A stretch of 24,408 bases of DNA from a virus (lineage: Duplodnaviria > Caudoviricetes), in the IMG/VR virus record IMGVR_UViG_3300027753_000082, positions 1-24,408 of that record; one strand, given 5' to 3'. The notes beneath the pieces are model-generated. The model did no database searches and was not told the DNA's origin. It was given only the letters and a program-made list of their open reading frames with translations. Below are positions 1 to 7,854 of this stretch, piece by piece (position 1 is the first letter of the stretch; the number at the start of each line of letters is the position of its first letter). Both the position numbers and the translations under genes were made by a program.

Positions 1-619
1 AAGGGAGGTTAGTAGCAATTGAAGCCCTAACAGGGTCATGGTAATGGACACCTGAAGCAGCAAGAGTGTCTACGTATTGTTTTGTAGCGGCTCCTAGTGC
101 ATCCGTAGGGTCAGCATTAAGTATGAGACTCCCCGTCATGGTTCCGCCAGAACGCATCAAAGCCCCAGAGGAAGTTACATTAGCAGAGTCCGTTACATCC
201 GCATTAGTTTCTACAGTATCTAGCTTTGTACCATCAGCAGCTATATCACGACCATCAACAGTACCTGTTACGCTAACATTGGCAAATGTAACATCATCAT
301 TTGCAAAAGCAGCCCTAGCAGAAGGTAGTGTCATAAACACATCTTTAGCACCTGCAGAGAAGGTCTGAGCAGATGTGCCATTAGAGCCAGCTAAGACAGT
401 AGTACGTGTAAGAGTATTACCTGTGTTCCACGTACCTAGCCCTACTTCCCATTCATCTGTACCAGAGGTAGTATGCACAATAGCGTAGTAAGTAGTATCA
501 CCATTAGTCATGTAGGACTGAAAAGTATCAAAAGTAGCAGCTGCACCACCTAGTGTGATAGCTCCTGTACCTGTAGAGGTTGTACTCTCTTTGACACGAT
601 CTCTGATGATAAACGCCAT
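1..619 (-). CDS. Virion structural / tail-fibre-like protein, N-terminal part (runs off the window start)
   Basis: Not in the ORF track. ATG at 619, open to the window edge: MAFIIRDRVKESTTSTGTGAITLGGAAATFDTFQSY...WEVGLGTW...VDGRDIAADGTKLD...GGTMTGSLILNADPTDALGAATKQYVD. GGTMTG and AATKxYVD are typical of phage tail-fibre proteins. Lies downstream of the capsid gene. Confidence 0.8.
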   Translation of the reverse strand, partial: MAFIIRDRVKESTTSTGTGAITLGGAAATFDTFQSYMTNGDTTYYAIVHTTSGTDEWEVGLGTWNTGNTLTRTTVLAGSNGTSAQTFSAGAKDVFMTLPSARAAFANDDVTFANVSVTGTVDGRDIAADGTKLDTVETNADVTDSANVTSSGALMRSGGTMTGSLILNADPTDALGAATKQYVDTLAASGVHYHDPVRASIATNLP

Positions 620-643
620 TGTGCAATAACCTTATAGTTTATA

Positions 644-1081
644 TTAGCTGATACGGATTACAGCATTAGAAGCATCTGCTGTTGGGAATACAACAGTGAA
701 GTCACCGCTTGTAGAAGTAACAGTACTACCAAAGTTAAAAACAGCAATAGCTTTGTTACCCTGAGAAGTATTATAAATAATAGCACCATCAGCAGATATA
801 GTCAAGTTAGCAAATACTTCATCAGCAAAGTCTACGATAGCGGTGCTACCTGTTAGAGTGATTGCAGCAGAGTTTAACTCTTGGCCTGTAGCTGTGTAGT
901 TTGTACCTACAGCCTCATCTGTGTTGCCTGTGATGTCTGAGTAGTTAGTAGTAGCAGCACCGTAAGTACCACTAGGAGATTCCTTGATAAGCGCCACTTT
1001 GAGTGTATCTGTATCCAGGTCGTGAACACCCCCAAGAAGCTCTTGCTTGAAGCTGTTGCACATTGCAGTTGTAATAGCCAT
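644..1081 (-). CDS. Virion structural protein (145 aa, Ala/Thr/Gly-rich)
   Basis: AAGGA RBS upstream; MAITTAMCNSFKQELL...AVFNFG..TSTSGDFTVVFP; lies between the capsid gene and the tail-fibre-like gene. Confidence 0.75.
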   Translation of the reverse strand: MAITTAMCNSFKQELLGGVHDLDTDTLKVALIKESPSGTYGAATTNYSDITGNTDEAVGTNYTATGQELNSAAITLTGSTAIVDFADEVFANLTISADGAIIYNTSQGNKAIAVFNFGSTVTSTSGDFTVVFPTADASNAVIRIS

Positions 1082-1104
1082 CTTGAGATGTCCTTATATG
1101 AATG

Positions 1105-1138
1105 AAAAGCACAAAGGGGCTAGCACGAAGCCAGCCCC
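1105..1138 (-). terminator. Intrinsic terminator after the major capsid gene
   Basis: Minus strand GGGGCTGGC-TTCGT-GCTAGCCCC (9 bp, one G-U) followed by TTTGTGCTTTT, just after the capsid stop codon. Confidence 0.8.
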
Positions 1139-1151
1139 AATGTTAAGCTTA

Positions 1152-2225
1152 TTAAGCGAGGTTGTACTTAGCAGTTACAAGAGCTTCTGGACGAAGGATC
1201 TTGCGACCGTACAGATGCATACCACGGCAGATGTCAGCGAATGAATCTGGATCACGGTATGTTTCAGTCTTGTTGATTTGCTCAGCAGTTGCTACAGCAG
1301 AATCATGACCAGCTACAATAGCTCCGTAGTTGGCATTTTGGTTAGCTGTACCTGTTGTAGCAGCACCAGTACCCACTGCAGGCAAGTTACTTGAAGTGTA
1401 TACACGGAAACCGTGGAAGTTATTCAAGACCAAGCCGTTACGCAGTCCACCGGATTCACCGAAGTCTGAATTAAAGAGACGAGAATCTTCATCACGAAGT
1501 ACTTCCATGAACACTGGGTCAACTACCAGCCAACGACCTTGAGTGTCTACTTGCTGTTGATCAAGTAAACGGCCCATACGTGCAACCAACATTGCTGGTG
1601 ATACGTATGCTGTTGGAAGTGCAGTTGCACCTGGCAAACGAGCAGCCACTGGGATTGAATGTTCCCCAGCACTAGTAGTAGTAATGTTACCAAACGAACC
1701 TTTATTCAGCTTGTTAGCTGCAAGCAATTCGTCTGAACCCGCAGCAGTATTTGCTTTGGTTCCATTTACTGCATCGTTCACTGCACCTGCGTTAGCGTGG
1801 AGTGCAGTCTGTTTGTAGCCAGCTAAGTAGCCCAATACTTCTTGGTCATGCTGATCAGCCAAGCGGAAAGCCGCACGGTTTGTAGCAAGGTCCATGAAGT
1901 TGACATGGCTATGAGCCTCTTCGATGTCGTCCATTTTGAACGCAAAGTAGTTAGCTTTATCAATAACCAACGAGAAATCTGCATCAGCAAGATCTTGTGC
2001 AGCGATGGTAGTACCCCGTGCATAAGCTGAAACTGAAACTTCTGGCTCTTTGATAATTTTAACTGTATCACCTTGAGAAGCAATTTCCCCAAAATAATCA
2101 GAGTTAGTGATGTCACCGACTACGGTGGATTTACGGAAGGCAAGTTGTACCTTCTTCGAGTAGATAACGGAACTAAAGTTTCCGTTAGGCAGGTTAGTAT
2201 AACCTGATGCTTTTGCGAATGCCAT
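1152..2225 (-). CDS. Major capsid protein (357 aa)
   Basis: Start revised to ATG 2225 (AGGAG RBS; MAFAKASGYTNLPNGNFSSVIYSKK). Contains GEIASQGDTVKI, GRWLVVDP, GFRVYTSSNLP and FADICRGMHLYGRKILRPEAL, as in P22-coat-like capsid proteins. Follows the scaffold gene and precedes a terminator. Confidence 0.9.
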   Translation of the reverse strand: MAFAKASGYTNLPNGNFSSVIYSKKVQLAFRKSTVVGDITNSDYFGEIASQGDTVKIIKEPEVSVSAYARGTTIAAQDLADADFSLVIDKANYFAFKMDDIEEAHSHVNFMDLATNRAAFRLADQHDQEVLGYLAGYKQTALHANAGAVNDAVNGTKANTAAGSDELLAANKLNKGSFGNITTTSAGEHSIPVAARLPGATALPTAYVSPAMLVARMGRLLDQQQVDTQGRWLVVDPVFMEVLRDEDSRLFNSDFGESGGLRNGLVLNNFHGFRVYTSSNLPAVGTGAATTGTANQNANYGAIVAGHDSAVATAEQINKTETYRDPDSFADICRGMHLYGRKILRPEALVTAKYNLA

Positions 2226-2268
2226 TTTTCTTTCTCCTAGAATGCTTGGCTTAAAGATAGAGATATAC

Positions 2269-2477
2269 ACGAGTTTAAGGTATATACCTCAACTCATAGA
2301 AACTAAACAACAAGGCAAAGAGGCTGAACATTTTCTAGGGTGCGTTAAACTCGCAGTTGGCCAACCACAAGTCTTACGGGCCTATACTTACTCAGGTAGT
2401 TCTTATTCATATGTTAAGTTTTAGGGGTTGTTTGGCAAGAGAGGTAGTCCCCTAAGGGAGGCTCTTGTTCCTGCCAA
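2269..2477 (-). ncRNA. Structured 5' leader of the capsid mRNA (candidate cis-regulatory RNA)
   Basis: Three hairpin domains (2432-2477, 2318-2404, 2269-2297). Their many G-U pairs form only on the minus strand. They lie between a promoter and the capsid RBS. Confidence 0.6.
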
Positions 2478-2479
2478 TA

Positions 2480-2507
2480 GTTATACTCTGATAGAGATAG
2501 ATGTCAA
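2480..2507 (-). promoter_or_regulatory. Sigma70-like promoter for the capsid gene
   Basis: TTGACA-N16-TATAAC(TA) immediately after the scaffold stop codon. Confidence 0.75.
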
Positions 2508-2510
2508 CAC

Positions 2511-3410
2511 CTAACGTGCACTACCAGACATATCATAGATAAATTTACCAGTTCTCATAGCTTTGGTAATTTCATCTTGACGTTCTTCAAACTCATGCGA
2601 AGACATCTTTGATACTTCTGACTCAGAAATCTGACCTGTAGTATCACTTGCCTCCACAACAGCTTTAGAACCTTTGCTTACTAGGCCTGCTGCTTTCTTA
2701 GTAGAAACCTTTTTAGCAGTTTTAGTAAGACCTTTATCGGACTTATACAAGTCGATAACTCTGACGACAGAAGCGGGGTCATCTGCATTCTCGTAGATTG
2801 CATCCTGCACCCACTTAGGTTGTTCTTCTGCCCAATCATGAAACTCGTCTGACGCTTTTAGTTTATGGAAGTCAGGATGAGTTTCCATAATATCTGCTTC
2901 AGCTTTTTTACGTTCAGCTTCAGACTGTACTTTATCTAACTCTGATAGACGTGACTCTGCTTTTTGAAACATCTCTTGAGCTTTTTTAGCTGCAATTGTT
3001 TCTACAATGCCAGCTACATCTGGGTATTCAGTGGCCCATTTTTCAATGTCCTCATCAGACTTGGGTGCTCTAATACCTTCGCTATTCATACGGCTTTCAA
3101 GAACTTCTAATTTTTCTTCCCAATCTTTTTCTTTTTGCTGCATATGTCTACGCAGGTCACCGTATCGTTTCTTAAAAGATTTTTCTTCCTTAGATAGGTT
3201 AGACTCATCTTCCTCAGTTACTTCTTCATCTTGGGGTTCAGCCTCAGCTAATTGATCTTCCCCTTCAACTTCTTCACCACGAGCTTTAGCTTCTAGATTC
3301 GCAATCTCTTTTTCTTCCTGCTCCATCTGTGCTTTTTTACGAGCATGGTTAAATCCACGATCCACAAAACCTGCTGACTTTGGTGATTCAATTGTATTTG
3401 CTTCAGACAT
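2511..3410 (-). CDS. Capsid scaffolding protein (299 aa)
   Basis: Acidic, coiled-coil-like, directly upstream of the capsid gene; FKKRYGDLRRH, HPDF...FHDW; C-terminal MSSHEFEERQDEITKAMRTGK; AAGGA RBS. Confidence 0.8.
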   Translation of the reverse strand: MSEANTIESPKSAGFVDRGFNHARKKAQMEQEEKEIANLEAKARGEEVEGEDQLAEAEPQDEEVTEEDESNLSKEEKSFKKRYGDLRRHMQQKEKDWEEKLEVLESRMNSEGIRAPKSDEDIEKWATEYPDVAGIVETIAAKKAQEMFQKAESRLSELDKVQSEAERKKAEADIMETHPDFHKLKASDEFHDWAEEQPKWVQDAIYENADDPASVVRVIDLYKSDKGLTKTAKKVSTKKAAGLVSKGSKAVVEASDTTGQISESEVSKMSSHEFEERQDEITKAMRTGKFIYDMSGSAR

Positions 3411-3476
3411 TTTTACTTCCTTATGTTGGGGCTAGCAGTATTGCTAGGTCGCCTTATCGTTGTAGTAGTAGTATAG

Positions 3477-6400
3477 TTATTTCTTTTTACGTTTCTTTGT
3501 CATCAATCCGCCTTTGTAAACACCGTCTTCATCAGCGCCAAAGGTATCGCCTCCGTAGGTTCTCTCTGTTACGGTGTGACCACCTACATCTGTAGTTTGT
3601 TTCATAGCACTATCCATCATTTCCTGATGGGCAGTGTTATTATCATTATTGGCAAGAGAACTAGCAGTAACAACTGTAGGTTTTTTATTAGCCTTTTCAG
3701 CTTTGTATGCAGCTGCTTTATCTCTTGCTTCTTTAAGTTTTACAGGATCGGAAAGTCTAGCTCTTTGTTCTTTAGCTGTGCTGACACCCCTTTTACTAAT
3801 AGCTTCATCTGCACCTCTAATTGCTGCTAGATAGGCTTTTTCATCCCCATCAAACATCTTTAAATTCAGTCCAACATTAAAGTCTTTAGGTGAGAATGCT
3901 GCAATCTGCTGAGAAAAATCATTTATGCCACTAAGTCCACCAAAAGTGTTAGCAGCTTGAACGAGGAAGCTTGACTTACCGACAAGATCGTCTGCCTGTT
4001 TACGTAGTGTATCGGCAAGATCATCAAAGCCCCTAGCCTTAGCAACAAGAGCAGCAGATCTTACTTCAGAGATAGCTTTACCTTGTTGATATGCATTATA
4101 ACCACCAACAACCAAACCCAGTGGACCAGATACTAAGGCAGCACCAAGACCAAGTTTGTTCATAAGCGGATCTATTTTAGCCCCAGTTCCTATAGCGGCT
4201 AGCTCTTCTTCTGACATTTTAAAGTAGTCTACGTCAGGTTCTTCAAACTTAAACTCGGGAGTCTTTGGTGCAGCAACAGGCCCACTATCATCATTACTAA
4301 CTAAAACACAAGTTCCAGTTATAGGATCGTAACCCATACCCATAGCGGTACAAGCTTCTTGCGCATTCTTTGCTGGGGCTACCCCTACTGCTTCTACTGG
4401 GTCTACAGAGGTAACTGGCGCTGATGGTACCCCTGGACCTTGATAAGTATAAGAACCACCTGGTGTAGAATAATAATCTGGCAAACCTGTGCTATTACTT
4501 TGATAGTTAGTATTAAAACCACCATCAGCAAAAGCCTTAGAAGCCTCGGCTGGTGGGTTAGCTTTATCCATTTGCTGTGCTTGCATGGTTGGGTTAGTCC
4601 TGCTAACTTGGATACCACGTTTAGACAGCTCTTGAATTAGTTCAGGCTTCTGTTGTATAACCTCCATAACCCGACTGATAACTTGATCTACTCTGGTTGG
4701 ATCTGCGTAAGAAGCAGAAGGTTCAGTAACTGTACCGCCCTCAGCATACCCTACAATAAAACCACCTTGGTTCATTCTTTGATTAATTACCTTATCATTC
4801 TTAGCAGCGAATGCCATCTTATCCATCAGACCACCGTTAGCTACACCAGTAGCTAGCATTTGATCTAATTGAGCTAGGTCTTGATCTGTGATCTGATTAG
4901 CCATGGGGTCTAATATAGGCTCACCACCAATTCTGCCATTGGCTTCCATATTAACCAAGCCCATCTTAGCTTCGGCACGTAGATCTTCAAAGTACTTTAC
5001 ACCAAAGAAACGTACAACATCTGCTGGTACGACATACTCACCTTCAGAGAGTTGTGCTGGAATATCATCCCGTACTTCTTCTGCCAGTGAACCTGGAGGT
5101 ATCTCATTGCCAGATACCGGGTCACGTCTCATGCCATCATCGGCAATACCACCTTCATTGAAAAGCATTTCCATTTGATTACTCATGTCTACTACGCCTC
5201 CTTGGGCAAATCCTTGATCTGGTTCTTTATTTTTAAGAGATTTCATCATGGCTTTTGCTATACTATAGTCTTCTTCTCTAGTGTAGTCGGTAATAAAATC
5301 TATAGCCTCATTAAGATATTCTTGTTCAGACTCTGGAGTAAGTTTCCGATTAAGACCCAGTTTTTTAGACAACCTATTTAAAAAATTAGGTGGTTTTTTT
5401 ATTTTGTAATTAAACTCTACCCTATCTGGAAGTTGTTCTGCTCTTTCTTCAACAACAGACCTACCTTGTGTATCAGATGCCCTAGCTCCTACAATCCTAG
5501 CTTCAACTTCTTTACCAAACCTTAAGTAGTTTAAGTATAGCTCATCTTTTAGTTGTGCATACTTATACGCTAGTTTTTTAGAAACTTTTTTCGAGTTTGG
5601 ATTTTTTAATATTTCTTCTCCAAGAGCTAGCAACTCACCCCTAGTTTGTAAAAGTTTTTTATCTCTTTCTAAGTGTACTTCAAACATTTTATTTGCAGAA
5701 GAATCTTTTCTTGTCTTCTTAAGGACTTTTATATTTTCTACAGGATTATTAGCAATAAAATTCATGCCGGTTTCAATAGCATCCCGTGCTTGGACTGCAT
5801 GTTGTAACTCGTGAAAAAAGGTTGACCTAAATTGGGGACTGTTTACGCCCCCTTCAAAAAGTTCTGTGCTTATGCTTATACTATTATGTGAAGGAGAATA
5901 TAAACCAGAATAATTTGAATCATCCATAAAGTTTACAATAACATTTTTTATATCTGGGTATTGTTTAAATAATTCAGAATGACTTGGTATAAAATGTGTT
6001 AAACGAAAACCTTCACCGGACTTATTAGTAACTTGTTCTAAACTTTCCTTGGCTGTTAAACCATTTGCTTTTGCATAGTTTATAATTGGGTTTTCTATTT
6101 TTATATCTACATCAGGAATTTCAAATTTAAATTGGTTTGAAAAGCCTACAGAAGTCTCTGATCCAGGGCTAGCTGTAGCAACTCTGCCAGTTACTTCTTC
6201 TATTTTTTCAGGAGAAGCACCTTCAGATCTCATCTGTGCAGCTTTTTGTAGTGCACGATTTCTATAATCTTTTGCCCCCGGCCCACCAAAGATTCTCGTT
6301 GTATTAGAAGAATCTCCTGGAACCTTACCTACAGTAGATGCTACACCTGTGCCACCAGCTAACTCAAAGATATTACCTAGCGTGACATCTTCCATACCCT

Positions 6401-7670
6401 TGTTACCTGCGGCAAGATCACCAGGTATTTTAAAGGTTTCCCAAGCAGCACCCAAGGATTGTTTAAGGAAATCAATAGTTTGTTCTCTGGAAGGTGCTGT
6501 AGGGTTGTCTAAGTAATTTTTAACTGCAGGGATAATATCCTGTTGTATTTTTTCGTAGTTAGTTCTTTGATCATCTGCAGGTCTTACGAAGTAGGTTCTA
6601 CCAAATATAGTTTTGTATTGACGGTTACCTAACTCATCCTGAACGCCAGTCCACTTGTCACTTTCGCTTGCATCCATAGGTCTATCAAACACTGGTACAT
6701 CAGCAATTGATAATGCAGTAGGTTCTTCTTCAGCAACTTCTACAGGGTTTTCGTCTGCAAACTTTTTACCTTCTGCAGTCCAGCCAAGTGCTTCTTCAGT
6801 CTGTGAAGCTACGTCACCACCCTCGTTAAACAAACCATTTCCAGATAGCCATTTCCGAGTTTTTCTTTCCCACCAACCTCTTTTCTCTGAGGGTAATGTC
6901 TCACCTTGTTTTTCAAGCATATCTTCAGCTGCTTTAAAAATACCAGGGTAACCTGGAAAACTAGCTTCAAAGGAAGCTCTACCAGATAGGTTATCGCTAA
7001 CCCTGCCTTTTTTAAGGTACTCTTGTAAGCTGGCTCTAGAACTTACATCTTCTACGGCAGTTCTGGTACTATCCATACCCCCTAATGCAGTTCCAGCAGC
7101 AGGTATTAAGTGACCATGTATATCTACTTCAGCGTCCTTAGAAACATCATCTAACATTTCAGTTAGTTTTTCATTTGGACCTTTAGTTCTGTCTGTATCA
7201 GTTTGTATTGCATCTAAAAGTTTAACGGTATCTTTTCCGTACTTTTCTGTAAAAAATTCCCTGTCTTCATTTAGATACTCTATTACTTTTTCTATACCGC
7301 CGTGGGTATACTCATGAGACCATACAGGATTTTTAGCAGTGTTTGAGTTTACAACAACAGACCCTGGTTTAACTCTTCCTGCTACATCTGTGTACTCTAC
7401 ACCGCTGGCTGCCCCAGGCAGTGTCTCATCAATATACTCTTGTTCGGCATAGTAAGGATACCTAATACCTTCGTGTATATCTGGGCTATTATATCTAGGT
7501 CTACCAACAACAGATTGATCTGGCTCAAAACCAAGACGAGCTAAAGGATTCCATTTTAGTTGCTCATCCATATCAGCACGGAACTCTAGGTTCCCAAACT
7601 GCCGCACCTGATTTTCAACGCCTACTTGCTCTCGGCTCTTAGGACGCAAGGATTTTTTAGGAGCTACCAT
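3477..7670 (-). CDS. Large modular, probably virion-associated protein (1397 aa) with two zincin-like HExxH motifs
   Basis: Uninterrupted ORF between portal and scaffold. HEYTH at 7302-7316; HELQH at 5799-5813 with downstream EVEAR; DDIPAQLSEGEYVVPADVV motif in the C-terminal part; repeated xxGG linkers. Confidence 0.8.
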   Translation of the reverse strand: MVAPKKSLRPKSREQVGVENQVRQFGNLEFRADMDEQLKWNPLARLGFEPDQSVVGRPRYNSPDIHEGIRYPYYAEQEYIDETLPGAASGVEYTDVAGRVKPGSVVVNSNTAKNPVWSHEYTHGGIEKVIEYLNEDREFFTEKYGKDTVKLLDAIQTDTDRTKGPNEKLTEMLDDVSKDAEVDIHGHLIPAAGTALGGMDSTRTAVEDVSSRASLQEYLKKGRVSDNLSGRASFEASFPGYPGIFKAAEDMLEKQGETLPSEKRGWWERKTRKWLSGNGLFNEGGDVASQTEEALGWTAEGKKFADENPVEVAEEEPTALSIADVPVFDRPMDASESDKWTGVQDELGNRQYKTIFGRTYFVRPADDQRTNYEKIQQDIIPAVKNYLDNPTAPSREQTIDFLKQSLGAAWETFKIPGDLAAGNKGMEDVTLGNIFELAGGTGVASTVGKVPGDSSNTTRIFGGPGAKDYRNRALQKAAQMRSEGASPEKIEEVTGRVATASPGSETSVGFSNQFKFEIPDVDIKIENPIINYAKANGLTAKESLEQVTNKSGEGFRLTHFIPSHSELFKQYPDIKNVIVNFMDDSNYSGLYSPSHNSISISTELFEGGVNSPQFRSTFFHELQHAVQARDAIETGMNFIANNPVENIKVLKKTRKDSSANKMFEVHLERDKKLLQTRGELLALGEEILKNPNSKKVSKKLAYKYAQLKDELYLNYLRFGKEVEARIVGARASDTQGRSVVEERAEQLPDRVEFNYKIKKPPNFLNRLSKKLGLNRKLTPESEQEYLNEAIDFITDYTREEDYSIAKAMMKSLKNKEPDQGFAQGGVVDMSNQMEMLFNEGGIADDGMRRDPVSGNEIPPGSLAEEVRDDIPAQLSEGEYVVPADVVRFFGVKYFEDLRAEAKMGLVNMEANGRIGGEPILDPMANQITDQDLAQLDQMLATGVANGGLMDKMAFAAKNDKVINQRMNQGGFIVGYAEGGTVTEPSASYADPTRVDQVISRVMEVIQQKPELIQELSKRGIQVSRTNPTMQAQQMDKANPPAEASKAFADGGFNTNYQSNSTGLPDYYSTPGGSYTYQGPGVPSAPVTSVDPVEAVGVAPAKNAQEACTAMGMGYDPITGTCVLVSNDDSGPVAAPKTPEFKFEEPDVDYFKMSEEELAAIGTGAKIDPLMNKLGLGAALVSGPLGLVVGGYNAYQQGKAISEVRSAALVAKARGFDDLADTLRKQADDLVGKSSFLVQAANTFGGLSGINDFSQQIAAFSPKDFNVGLNLKMFDGDEKAYLAAIRGADEAISKRGVSTAKEQRARLSDPVKLKEARDKAAAYKAEKANKKPTVVTASSLANNDNNTAHQEMMDSAMKQTTDVGGHTVTERTYGGDTFGADEDGVYKGGLMTKKRKKK

Positions 7671-7854
7671 TTACTTTATCCCTAAGATACTTAAATTTAT
7701 TTAGGCAAGCTGCCTGACCTTGTAGCCTAAACAAATCTTCTACAGCAGTTGCTTGTTCCATCTGCCTATGCACATCATTTAAGCGTTCTTGTAGCTCTGC
7801 AAGAAAAGATTCCCACAGAGCTTTATCATTTACTAAAGGCTTTAGGTTGTGCAT
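7657..7854 (-). CDS. Small helical head-module protein (65 aa)
   Basis: Coupled to the portal stop (TAATG); LFRLQGQ..L..L pattern; overlaps the start of the next gene. Confidence 0.7.
   Translation of the reverse strand: MHNLKPLVNDKALWESFLAELQERLNDVHRQMEQATAVEDLFRLQGQAACLNKFKYLRDKVNGSS

Noticed and set aside
3477-7670. Giant protein as a tail tape measure protein
   Set aside because: The DDIPAxLSxGEYV motif recalls tape-measure C-termini, but the gene lies between portal and scaffold and lacks long periodic helical repeats.
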